A stretch of DNA of 64,000 nucleotides, taken from positions 1 through 64,000 of the forward strand of contig JAUCBJ010001486.1 of the NCBI GenBank assembly GCA_032718475.1, written 5' to 3'. The position numbers and the translations under genes were made by a program. Within the stretch, counting starts at the first letter, position 1, and each line of letters starts with the position of its first letter. The DNA comes from Nemertoderma westbladi (lineage: Eukaryota > Animalia > Xenacoelomorpha). Positions 11,123 through 23,059 of the stretch are shown here, piece after piece. The notes under the pieces are model-generated. The model saw only the letters and a list, made by a program, of their open reading frames with translations, searched no databases and was not told where the DNA came from.

Positions 11123-13265
11123 GATCCAGTTGTATAGTGCTGGACCTGTTTAACACCTTTGTGAAATGATTCTCCCAAGTTTCGAGAGGAATTGAACACA
11201 GTGGTTGTGAGTTAGTTGATTTGCACCATTTATAGGGCTGCGATTCGGCTTCAGCAATTAGTTTGTCCTCTATCATACCAGTATATAATTTTTGTTTCTC
11301 TATCAATAATTGCTTGTACTTTGTCTTTGATTCACATAACAATGGTTTTAGTTCGTCCTTAGACTTAGCCTGGTGGTGTAAAGATAAAACGTTTCATCGC
11401 GCGACGTAACATTCTTTATCAAACCACGGCTTTGCCTGCCGATTGATGTTCTTTCTTGGGATACAAGAGTCTTTAATAGCGCCTGAAAGAGATTCGTAAG
11501 CTTCATCTACATATGTTCGACTCGTTCAGATATAAAGTAGCAAAGTTTAACTTTGGGTTATTTTGTAGCAGGTTTAGATCAATTGTCCGGGTTGGTTTGG
11601 TTGCCTCAGTTGATGGAGGTGATTGAACCAGTGTTGAATCTACCTCCCACGACATCCGAACTGGTACGTGTTTGCGAAGACTCGTAGTTACGTGATCTAT
11701 AGGATGTTGATGTGGTATTTGCGAATACCAGATCGATTTGGCTTGAGCCGTTATGGCAATAGTATGTCTTTTCCTTTGAATTGTTTTGGAGTTCTAGTCC
11801 GTAATCTTCCATAATTGTGTCGATTGCAGCAGCTTTTAGGTTACCCTCCTGGTCCACACGGGCGTTAAAATCTCCTCCAAATATTATCGAATTTGGTGTC
11901 GATAAAGGAATTTCATCAAAAACATTTAATACTTCATCTACTAATTCTTCTGGGCCCATGTTGGGGTTGATATAGCAGCAAACCAGAATTGCAATATCGG
12001 TCTTCACAATAACAAATGTATCGTCTTTGGCAATGAGTTTTGGGTTTAAATGGGGTTTAACGGCTATTATAACCCCACCAATCGGGCGGCCTGGTCCCGG
12101 TGTTTTAATTGCCGGTGATTCAAAAACATAAAAGTTATCGATATCAATATTACTCGAAGCAAGGATTTCCTTCCGTAAGCATTAGAAAGTCACAGTCTGA
12201 AAGAAGATCCCCATGTAGAAGTGATAACAATGACCTCAGTCCCTCTACATTCCATAAGATTGAAGAAACTTTTACCATCGGTTGGTTTGTGGATCTCTCT
12301 ATAGAAATCAATATAAGAAATTATCAGATCACTGCGTAATGTCGTCAAATATGTAGCAGCCAATCACAGACGATTTTTCAAAATTGGCTTCCCGCGCTTA
12401 CTTAGACCCGCTATTTCGACCGTTTCCACGTGGTTTTATAAAAAACACACCCCGCCACTCGATTCAGTGCGCCTTGTTACCCTTTATTCGATTGTTTCTA
12501 GCACAACAATTTTTTGCGCAACAACCCTATTGTGATCGAGCGAAGCGAGCGCTAATTTATGAATTTTTTTTATAAATTATCACAAATTACTGTAGGATTG
12601 ATTTTTTCTCTGGAGGCGCCTAAATCCCTGTAAAGAGTATCAATTATCTGTTATCTGTACCTTAATTGCGCGCCCCCTTGGCTAGAGCCCTTCAAACCCC
12701 TTGCTCCTGTAATGTTTGTTAGGCTTACAAGTAAGTAAGATTTCTATAAACAAGTTGTTGTTTTGGTATGCAGATGGTTGCTCCATATATAATTAATTAA
12801 CTGTCTAGTTTACAGTACACAGTAGAATAGTGTTGGTGCGCAAAAAAATTGTTGGGCTACTGTAGAAACAATTGAATACAGTGAGGGGTAACAAGTGCTC
12901 TAAATCAAGTGCCGCGGTGTGTTTTTTTTTAAACTTGAAAAATACGATCGAAATGGCGCGTTTAGTTAAGCGCGTCAAGCCAATTTTGAAAATCAGCTGT
13001 GATTGGCGAATGCAGATCTAACTTCCCAATTCGGTTATTCCTTTCAATTTAACCTTGCATTCTCTATAGTGATTTTCGATCCATTCAAATACACATTAAA
13101 TCTAAAATCAATTCGCAAATGGTTTATATCAATAGAAATCGGAGACTCTTATGTGTCTATTGATCCTCAAATAAATAAATTCATAAAGAGGAACGTCGGA
13201 TACCTCGACAGATTTCCTACTACCTGAAAACGCAATGTCCCTCCTTACATTATCAATTTATATAT

Positions 13266-13350
13266 TCGGGGTGTTTATACGTTCGGGGTGTTTATACGTT
13301 CGGGGTGTTTATACGTTTGGGGTGTTTATACGTTCGGGGTGTTTATACGT
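13266..13350. repeat. 17-bp tandem repeat (TTCGGGGTGTTTATACG) x5
   Basis: Read directly; a related motif occurs at 19049-19081. Confidence 0.9.
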
Positions 13351-13659
13351 GTTGGCAAATATACCAAAGGGCTAACTTTGCAAGCTCTTTTTCCGCTATT
13401 GTGCTAACTTTTCCAAAGTGCTAACTCAAAGTGCTAACTCGTGGTCCTTGCAATCTGAAACTTTAGACTTTAGACTTTAGACATGAAACTTTAGAGGTTT
13501 TTTAGACCATTTCCCACAAGTTAGCATTTTACCACTTTTGCAGTCCAGTGTGTCATGTGTATGAAAAACTTGGCCCCCCTTAGCGGCATTATGGGAACTG
13601 GTACTTTTCAAACACACTTAAACACTCAAGAGTATGGAATGGCCATAATGCTAACTTAC

Positions 13660-15300
13660 AAACACACTTCTTACACTTACATTCCATTTGTACCAACTAC
13701 CAAGTGCTAAATGATTATAAGACCGCAAATACCCTAATACGCTAACTCGCTGAATGTTAATTGCGAATACCCCGCCGTTTCGCGAATAGCCAATTGTACA
13801 CGTATAACCTAATAATAAAAGCGTTTTGCACAAACTGCGGGGGCGCTAAAGTCTTAACTTATTACTTTTAGATAGTCTTTGAAAGTACTCTATACAAAGT
13901 CCTAACCCGATAACTGTGTATTGTCATGGAAACGTAATGGTTTCTTACCTGGACATCCATACAATGTATTTCAATTTATTGCACAGGCGACATATTTTTA
14001 TGTAGTGAGTGATTGCCGTGGAATGGAAATACCTAGATATATTGACAATCGTTATTTCAAAATTCATCCGGTCTAATTGTTAAGATACCCAAATTGAGGT
14101 TCTAAATTTGTGAAAATATTAGTGAAACAATTTTATGGTTAAAGAGAAAACTCTATTTGTTTTTATGTAGAGTAATGCGTAATTTATTCCACAAAGTTGC
14201 CTTTTCTTTTATAGCAGGTAAATTGCAATAATTAGTGCATTATAGGCGTACCTAAACGTGCGCTATTTTTATGAAAATTAACAACTTCTCGATGTGGTGA
14301 TATCCTCGTAACGCAGCTAAGTAATAATCACTAACTTAGTAACAATAAACTTCTATAACAAATATTGATAGTATTTCCCATTACTGATAACCATTGATTG
14401 TAGGCAAGTGTAAGTTTAGTTGATGTACCAACTGCAATTAATTGCATAAAAAGGATACCGGTATGAATTTCATTAATATTCCTAAACATTACAATATTAA
14501 GGCTAATAATTAAGCATTCAGAACGCCCTTAAATTGACATAATTTAACAAAATGGCACCATTTTGTGAAAAGGGCACTGTCAACGTTTATGAATGAATGA
14601 CCCTTGTATATTTATGGAAACATCCCTCTCCACCCTCGCTCGGTACATAAATACTGCTTATGTGAAACCTTTCACACAATCATGTAAAATAGTTATAGTT
14701 TCACTTTTATCAATTTACAATATTTGCAGGAAAAAATAATACAATTCAATGATTATTCGTGTAACATGAGTTATAAATCGGTAAAATATGAAAGTTCCTT
14801 TACATAAAACATTACGTCGGTTTTTCTGACTTTTATTGTCTGCTATATTTTAATTTTTTTTACCTATTATCAATAATGTTTTTTACTTTCTCTCGTGTTA
14901 TTTTAATTTTCGTTGGTTAGTCAATCACACTTATATTCAATTTGTACTAAGTGCTAAATGATTGTAAGACCGAAAATATTGATTGCGAATACCCCTCAGT
15001 TTCGCAAATAACCAATTTCACATCGAACACAAAAATAAAACCGTTTGCATAAACTCCGGGAGCGCTAAAGTCCTAACTTATACTTTCTTTTGAAAGTACT
15101 TTATACAAAGTCCTAACCCGATAATTTTGTATTGTCATGGAAACCTAATGGTTTCTTACCTGGACATTGACAACTAGTCTAATGAAACATAGGCAAACCG
15201 AAATTTATTCCCAGACTGAAACGAATAAGAATGGTGAAATGGAAAACTTACACATAGATAGACAATCGTTATTAGAATATTTCCTCGTTTCGTCTATTGT
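13660..15300. repeat. Dispersed direct duplication of ~400 bp (about 13700-14080 and 14950-15300)
   Basis: Shared blocks such as GCGCTAAAGTC...GAAAGTACT..ATACAAAGTCCTAACCCGATAA...TTCTTACCTGGACAT. Confidence 0.7.
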
Positions 15301-16112
15301 TGAGATATAATAAAATACATAAAACTAAAATACAAACTCAAACTTGGATTGTAAATTGGTGAAATTAGTTAGTGAAACAATAAATATAATATGCGTCAGA
15401 TTAATAATTAACAATTGTTAAAATTCAAAACAATTAAAATTCACTATAATGATAGGCTGCTCAGAGTAACTTAAACCCACATAAATAATTCCCTTGAGTG
15501 AATTCTATCCGCGTAGGAGAAATTAAATATAAAAATGTTATGTAATTATGCGATCATTTTAGAAATTTTGAGTGCCGGGGGAAAATAAATTAACACAGTC
15601 CAAGAATTGGAGCCGCACCTAACTAATATATCGTGGACACTGATAAAACACAAGATATACTGTATAATAATAATTTTGACGAAAAATATGAAGCATTAGT
15701 TGCATCATTAACTGAAATAGGACTCATCTCATTGCACTGATTCAAATGAATAGCCTTGAATTATTATATAGGAGGTACGGCAATTTTGATATTTTGTATC
15801 TCTTAGAATTTTCCCAGGAGTCTTTTTCCCAAGTTATGTTTTGAATCCGTTACTGTAAAATGATGATCCATTACCAAATTTAATATACATTCCCTTGCAA
15901 TAAATAGACCTATAAACTGATCTGAAATGTTCAAAACCAAGTTTCATATCGTCACTACTGTAATCTTTGACAGGTTTTTCTGATAAATGAAAAATCAGGT
16001 ATCCCAAATCCCAACTAGCTAGGATCGGCATGCTGCATTGCAGCTGCATTTTTAAAAATGCTGTGCCGGCTTGTCGACAAAATTGCGCCGCCACAACTCC
16101 CTATCACCCATG

Positions 16113-17391
16113 CAGGGTTGTTTGAATTAAATCATTTTATTTAAATCATTGATTTAAATCATGATTTAAATCACATATAAAAATAAAAAAAAATCAGATA
16201 GTTTTGATTTTTTTAAAATCATGAATTTTATCAACCATGCTTTAAGGCCAGGATAAACATTGCATTACTGATTATTAATAAATGATTCAAATTACCTAAA
16301 TATTTACATGAAAATACAGTATCACCTCGCATTTCCAATACCATACAGTATTCACAGGCCCATGAATTAAGTTGTACTTTAGAGTTCTATTCAGTATGAC
16401 GTTGTTTATTTAGTTTATATTTGAATTCAGACTTTTCGGGATTTCCGGGATCGGGACCGGGATTATTCCTCTCGAGATCCCGTTTTACGGGATCGGTATT
16501 GCAATTTTGGATTAAATTCATCAAAGTTAATAGTATATGAGGCAGGTTTTCAGTAACACTCACTTTATTTTACACTTCTGAAATATTAGTAAGATAAAGT
16601 TATATTAAAATTATCTTATAATTGATTACTGGATGGTTTACTGAAATAAAAATTAGATATAATCAAAACATTTATGTTCTGCTGGAACTTTTTTTTAGAT
16701 GTTCAACAAATTTATTTAACCATTTAAACTTCGGGATCCCGTTTCAAAAAAGTCGGAATCGGAATTCGATATTTCGCTGGGATCCCGGTTTTTCGGTTTT
16801 TTTTAAACATTAGTGCATTGATGAAGCCAGAAGTCTTCCGATTGTTTAAATATAAAATCCGATTTAAATAAAAAAATCTGATTTAAATAAGAAAAAAGTG
16901 ATTTAAATGGGTGACTACAAAACAAAGACCAAAGACCTAAATAATAAAGACCTGCATAATCTTTTAAACATGTGTTAACTTTCGTTTATTGTTTTGGTTC
17001 CCCCAACAAGCCTCTGCAACATGCTCCTTTACTAACCTGTTCCTTTAAATGCAATGTAACCTAACGCTCTTTGGCACCTGTACAAAACAAAGATATATAT
17101 AAAGTCGCGTTACGTCCTAAAGGGGATTAGGTCCAATTGCCATATAGCGTTAGGTCCCATTGCCATTTACAGGAGCAGGTTTGTAAAGGAGCAGGTTACA
17201 GAGGCGTGTTTGGGGAACCAAAACAATAAACGAAAGTTAACACATGTGTTTCATACAGGTCTTTGTTATTTGGGTCTTTGCTTTTTAGTCACCCGATTTA
17301 AATGAAAAAAAATCTGATTTAACTCAAATAAATCTGATTTAAATAAAAAAAATCTGATTTTAAAAAAAAACCATGATTTTTATCAACCCTG
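16113..17391. mobile_element. hAT-type MITE
   Basis: TIR CAGGGTTG/CAACCCTG; 8-bp TSD CACCCATG at 16105-16112 and 17392-17399; subterminal GATTTAAAT repeats. Confidence 0.88.
16909..17294. mobile_element. MULE-type MITE nested in the hAT MITE
   Basis: Long TIRs GGGTGACTA...TAGTCACCC; flanked by 9-bp GATTTAAAT at 16900-16908 and 17295-17303, which is also a local repeat motif. Confidence 0.8.
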
Positions 17392-18644
17392 CACCCATGA
17401 CATTTGCTAGATCATCCGCTTCTTCAAGGCCAGTGTCCTTTAAGATGCGTCTCAAGAAAGTCATGGGCTGTCCACCATGCTTATTCAGTCCATGAGGCTG
17501 CCAAAGTATAAGTTTATGCACTGGCTGGTCCTCACGGTGAAAGCAACATCCTGCAAAGCGGAGGCGATTTTGTTCTAGTGTCAAGCTTGGGGGAACCAAT
17601 GAGACACCTCCAATGTTATATTGTGTCTGGTTGGAGATGTGTGCATTGTACTTGACACAATGTACCCGGCGTAGCATTCTTGTGAATGTGCCATCCAGAG
17701 ATTTGGTGTCCTCAGCAGTTAGAGCCCAACATGGACTCTCATAGAGAGGTACTGGAACTACTGCTGCTCTAAATAATCGGACCTTAAGTTTCCGATTAAT
17801 TCTCGGTGACTTCCAAATTCTGCAAAGCATATTCAAGGCTGCCCAATGCTTTCCCTTACGTATTCGAAGGTCCTCATCTGACTTCCGGATCCATGATCCC
17901 AGGTAACAGAAGTCGTCCACATGCTCAAGCATACCATCCTTTGAGCTTATGCTCATCCGATCAGAGACTTGCTGAGGACTTTCAAAGTTAACTGTCAAAA
18001 TTTTGGTCTTTCTGGAGTTCATAAAAAGACCAACACTAGAAGCAGCATGTTCTAATGAGCTGAGGAGCCGTTGGGCTCCCTATAGTGATTCTGAGAGTAC
18101 TCCTAAGTCATCAGCAAAGTCTAGATCAGTTAGGTACTTGGCAGGATTTCCTCGACTTCTGGAGCCAGGAGGTGGAGTTATCATCACCCCATCATCATTA
18201 TGATGATCTAAGGACGTGCGTAGAACATAGTCAACCACAATTATGAACAAGAATGGTGCAAGTGTGTCTCCCTGGAGGACATCCCATTACACTTCAAATG
18301 GTTCTCTGTCACCGTCAACAGTAGAGACAAATGTTGTCGAACCATCGTATACTGATCTGATTGCTGCAATAATTTCATCAGGAATCCCATATAATGAAAG
18401 TATGCTGAACATACGTGAGCGAGAGACTGAATCAAAGGCCTTGAAGAAGTCAATAAAGATAACAGCCAGATGCCTATCTTTCTTTTTTGATAACTCTTCA
18501 ATTATCCTTCGGGTATCCTATGGGCTCCATGGTCCCACGAATGCCGAGTTGGCCGAATGCCAAATTAGGGATCACGAGACGAATTACAGAAATGTTTGAT
18601 CCTGTTTAAACACTTAGTTAGTAGGCCTACAACATGAATAAACC

Positions 18645-18897
18645 ATGCAGTTAGGTGTATAATAATACTGTTCGGGTTTGCAGTTAGCACAACATTAATT
18701 AGACCTTGCAGTTAGGTGTATAGTAATACTGTTCGGGTTTGCAGTTAGCACAACATTAATTAGACCTTGCAGTTAGGTGTATAGTAATACTGTTCAGGTT
18801 TGCAGTTAGCACAACATTAATAGACAATGCAGTTAGGTGTATAGTAATACTGTTCAGGTTTGCAGTTAGCACAACATTAATAGACAATGCAGTTAGG
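18645..18897. repeat. ~60-bp tandem repeat x4
   Basis: TGCAGTTAGGTGTATAGTAATACTGTTC.GGTTTGCAGTTAGCACAACATTAAT units. Confidence 0.9.
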
Positions 18898-19314
18898 ACT
18901 ATGGTATATGTGTAGTCTTTACCACCCTTGTACTCTAGCGACCTTCCAGAGAATTTGTTAGTTAGGTGTATAGTTGATTTGCATGCGTCTGGAACAGTTA
19001 GCACTTTGGACGAAAAAGAGCACGTTAGCGTTTCGAGTGGTTTGCCGGTATACGTGTTTATACGTGTTTATACGTTCGGGGCCAATGAAAAAAACGACAT
19101 CAGCAACAATAAAGTGATTTTAAAAATTTCCGCGCTTACTTAAACCCACCATTTCGACTGTTATTACAACAAACACACCCCACCAATCGAATCAGGACAC
19201 CTAGTTACTCCTTAGTCTATTGTTTATAGCCCAACCATTTTTTTGCGCACAATACCTTTTGGGCAATAATACATAATTACAATAAAGAAAAAAAGCATAA
19301 AGTTTCCCTTGCAG

Positions 19315-19476
19315 GTTGTCTCTTCACTTTTATAAACGGAATGTTGTACTTTTTGCCACCGGAATCTAGAGAAAAGATACAACTCGCCTCCACAATTCAC
19401 TTCAGTCAATCTTTACTAATGATATTTATTGTGGATAAGTTTCCAACATCGTCACAGCAGGCCTACCCACTAGTTG
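19315..19476 (+). CDS. pLGIC exon with M1, M2 and the M2-M3 loop
   Basis: ttgcag acceptor and gtaagt donor; reads CLFTFINGMLYFLPPESREKIQLASTIHFSQSLLMIFIVDKFPTSSQQAYPLV, compare nAChR FxLPxDSGEK...PxTS..PLIG; phase 1/1. Confidence 0.9.
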
Positions 19477-19558
19477 GTAAGTTAACTAATATCGACCATG
19501 GTCTACCCAGGCATACAATCATTGTTTCATAATACTGTCATTATTACTTAAACCTTAA

Positions 19559-20812
19559 CCCTATTAGTACCGGGCTATAAAATGTTGTACAAATACCGGG
19601 GCGGTCATATTGACCCCTTCACCCCTTGTAAAATCTAAAATTTTAATGAAAATGTCTGATTTTTTGTTTCTACGTAGATTTCACTAGTCTGAATCCGGTC
19701 TAAAAGGAATTTCGAAAAAAAGTAATGGGGTGGTTATTTTGCAGCACCAAAATTACAAGTAGTGATGAAATTTTCATAAAATTTGAAATTACAATTTTCG
19801 GCTAATTGTTTTTCAATACAGATTTTCTGGGGCGTAAAATCCATTGGAAACTGTTTAAAAATGATTAGATTACTATAAATGGCTGTTTTAGTCCTCTACT
19901 TAGGCAAAAAATTAAAAAAACAAGTAACCAGCACTTTTCAGTTTGAACACAAAATTGTTAATTCACTTATACGATTCTATAAATTCACCTTTTTAGGTTT
20001 TCTGGAGCGCTGATTCTAATGGAATACATTTCTAATTTGCCAGATCATTGCTAATCGTATTTGTCGGCGTAATAGAGCAAATTTTGGTGCTAGCACCAAA
20101 TTTCGTACCCATTACCAAAAAGTACAAGTTTGAGATGTCCAGTGCGGATTTTATTGATTCCATTGGATTCAGGACCCTCATAAACCCGTATAACGCAAGA
20201 AACAAGATAAAACTATCTATTGATCAATTTGCTTATTTTCAAAAATTTGGTGCTGGCACAACAATTTTCACCCACCGGCGAAAAATACAAGTTTGAAAAA
20301 TCTTATGCAATTTTTACTTATTCCATTGAATTCAGAACCCTCACAAACCCGTATAACGCAAGAAACAAGGTGACACAATCAATTGATATATTTGATGGTT
20401 TTCAAAATTTGGTGCTAGCACCAAATTTTCGGTGTGTAAAAAAGTTAAATTTTTTTACCCACCAAAATAAAAAACAAGTTTGAAATTTCTAAATTTATTT
20501 ATATAAATTCCATCTAATTGTAAACACCAAAAAACCGGTGTAAATAAAAAATAGAGATGTTACAAATCATATTTCATGAAATGTAATTTTCAAAAAACTC
20601 CTCAAAAAATGTGCCAAAAGTAGGGTTAAAAATTGGTGCTATAACTCAAAAACTTCCCAATATTTTTGAAAACCGTTTTCCCTAATAGGAAGACAATAGA
20701 TTTTTAGGAAAAGTCATAAAATTTCAGATTCCCCACTGCTTTTGTTTCAGAGTTATAACAAAAAAACAACGGGGGGTCATATGGACCCCCCCCCCCCCCG
20801 GGTTTAATAGGG
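19559..20812. mobile_element. piggyBac-like non-autonomous element
   Basis: TTAA at 19555-19558 and 20813-20816; termini CCCTATTA...TAATAGGG; internal ~170-bp repeats with the TTTGGTGCTAGCACCAAA palindrome. Confidence 0.85.
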
Positions 20813-20948
20813 TTAAACTGGTTTATATTTTTCTATAACTTCATCTCTACTTCTTGCTGAAAAACTCTTAACAAAGAGCAATATCAAAAAGCATAACCCA
20901 GACTTTCATTCTTGACTTGTCGATAATTGGGAAACAAGGTAACTTGGG

Positions 20949-21442
20949 AAACAGAGTGGAAGGGTTTACTGTGGAAGATCACCCATCATGGTGATGAATA
21001 TGCATTCCTTTAAGAAACAGAGTGGAAGGATTTACTGTGGAAGATCACCCATCATGGTGATGAACATGCATTCCTTTAAGAAACAGAGTGGAAGGGTTTA
21101 CTGTGGAAGATGAACAGGCATTCCTTTAGGAAACAGAGTGGAAGGATTTACTGTGGAAGATCACCCCTCGCCCTCATGGTGATGAACATGCATTCCTTTA
21201 AGAAACAGAGTGGAAGGATTTACTGTGGAAGATCACCCCTCATGGTGATGAACATGCATTCCTTTAGGAAACAGAGTGGAAGGGTTTACTGTGGAAGATG
21301 AACAGGCATTCCTTTAGGAAACAGAGTGGAAGGATTTACTGTGGAAGATCACCCCTCATGGTGATGAACATGCATTCCTTTAAGAAACAGAGTGGAAGGG
21401 TTTACTGTGGAAGATCACCCATGGTGGTGAATAGGCATTCCT
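20949..21442. repeat. ~64-bp minisatellite, about 8 units with deletion variants
   Basis: AAACAGAGTGGAAGG.TTTACTGTGGAAGATCACCC.TCATGGTGATGAACATGCATTCCTTTA.G. Confidence 0.92.
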
Positions 21443-21749
21443 TGGCTTTAAACGAGTCTAAAAGATTCTCCCATTCAATATAAAAAAAATATAACCTCTA
21501 TCAAGTCAAAATGATATCCCTAAAACTTATATATTTGTTGCATGAAGTGTATATCTTTTCACCCAGTCAACACACTAACTAATGGTACTCCTTGTAAAAA
21601 AAAGATCCGTTCTGGTAATGGAGTAGATTTGAAAGAACTCATGAGTTTGTACTAAAGTCTGACTGCACACCCGTAATAAAATTCCCTCTTAGTGGAATTG
21701 GCCCTGCCAAAACTCATGAGTTTTCTGTTTAGGTTATATATACAGTAAT

Positions 21750-22981
21750 TGTTCGCGCTTTTGAAGACCTTTAGCAGTTTAACCTGCCAAAATTTATATG
21801 TCTTTTAGTTAATTAACACACCTTTAGCATACGACAATATTTTATGCTAATAAACAAATCATTAGCCGAAGCTAGCCCATGCGCGATCATTCACCCGATG
21901 GATCTACACCCGGGAGGCTGAATTCGGATGCTTAGATTTTATTATTGCAGTGTAAGGTTGCAGTGTAAGCCTACTGTATTATTCGATTGATCGCTAATAT
22001 GTAATTTCTGACAGATATTATTAACTTTCGGGAAATATTAACAGTTCCTTTAGGACGTGGCGCTCTATCTATTTAAACAGAGCTAGGACTTATACTAAAC
22101 GCAACGATAAGGCTTATGATTAAAGTATAAGTCGCATTCTTTAGGAAATGCTTTGTTACCAGTCACATCACACTCACAATCATGCACACTATTCTGCCGA
22201 CCGTCAGTATATTTGATCACACATAAAGAGAACAGCAATTGACTCAGGTAGTGTCTACTAAATAACATTAGATTCAATACACACCACATTGATATAAATC
22301 GCAATTGTTATATATAGCCCGCCTCTCTAACCTGTAGTGTATCAAGAAAATTGGGAATTTTGGGTGATTTATCCGTATTCTCCAAAGAGCAATATTTCCA
22401 TCAACAAATAGATACAATTAATAACTGACGGTAAATAGCAGTACAAACAATATGATTAGTGCAGTTAAATTAAGTGAGGTAACACCGCCGGTAACAGTTA
22501 TACTTTCTATAATCTAAGCAGTTTACTATAGTTCTTCCCAAAAAGCCGGTGTTTCTGGCTTAGACAGCAATAACAACAAAGTATCAAGTAAGGCAGTAAG
22601 ACTGAACACTCTCCTTATGATCGGCTGAAAAGCTACAGGTCGACAGGAAAAATCGCTCTGATTGGCTCAAGCCAAACAAAGAACTATGCATCCAATGGCT
22701 GTTTCCATGTCAGCAACCAGCTGTTAGATGTCGTAATATGAATCATCACGGCTAAGCTGTGAAAGGTAGTTGGTGCATTACAGGTTTTTTGCCTTACCAT
22801 GTCCGCCAAAACACGTATATAGCAGAATGACTTTTATGTCCGTTAAAACACCTGTAACGGTACCTTGCGGGCGAGGGGAATATATATACAGTTAGAGAAC
22901 CCTTTTAGAGTATTCCAGCGCCTGGGGGAAACTGGATTGCGAAGCAAAAGGGGCCAGTTATATCCCACAGAAGCTTTTACA
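21750..22981 (-). repeat. 3' LTR of the BEL/Pao element (1232 bp)
   Basis: Matches 32604-33462 joined to 35533-35905; I saw two substitutions. Confidence 0.93.
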
Positions 22982-23059
22982 CCGCTCCCAGAAAATGGGA
23001 TTTAAGTCTATAAAATATACAAAATCACAGTTTCTAAAATATAAAAATACTCTAAACAG

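Larger units (their letters stand above)
6333..12293 (-). mobile_element. 5'-truncated, degenerate APE-RT non-LTR retrotransposon with a C-terminal CCHC-like motif and poly(A) tail; interrupted at 8107-11122
   Basis: Endonuclease GDFNA and SQIDL (11606-12007); RT YRGISLL, QLGF, FIDFRKAFDSV, QGDTLS and LFADD; CKLC...H...C; T-run at 6334-6344; 57-bp duplication at 6276-6332 and 12294-12350. Confidence 0.9.
5447..12531. mobile_element. MITE (~1.07 kb, ~370-bp imperfect TIRs, ends AATAGGGTTG...CAACCCTATT) split by a LINE insertion
   Basis: 5447-5820 is the reverse complement of 6170-6332 joined to 12351-12531. Confidence 0.8.
16016..18538 (-). mobile_element. RTE family B, 5'-truncated copy interrupted by a hAT MITE
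   Basis: RT and C-terminal ORFs at 17360-18501; the 3' end at 16016-16112 matches 39690-39787. Confidence 0.88.
12826..19258. mobile_element. Second, degenerate copy of the AATAGGGTTG MITE family, with arms at ~12826-13190 and ~19120-19258 separated by inserted DNA
   Basis: Left arm is similar to 5447-5800; right arm is similar to 12380-12531. Confidence 0.55.

Noticed and set aside
20949-21442. CRISPR-like appearance of regular repeats (also 8107-8360 and 10843-11115)
   Set aside because: No unique spacers, no cas genes, eukaryotic context
22095-22304. Identical 69-aa ORFs at 22095 and 32949
   Set aside because: Identical only because they lie in the two LTRs; no recognisable motif
21750-22608. 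859-bp TGTTC...GAACA segment as the complete LTR
   Set aside because: Homology continues to 22981 and 35905 after an insertion, and only the longer boundaries give a TSD and a PPT
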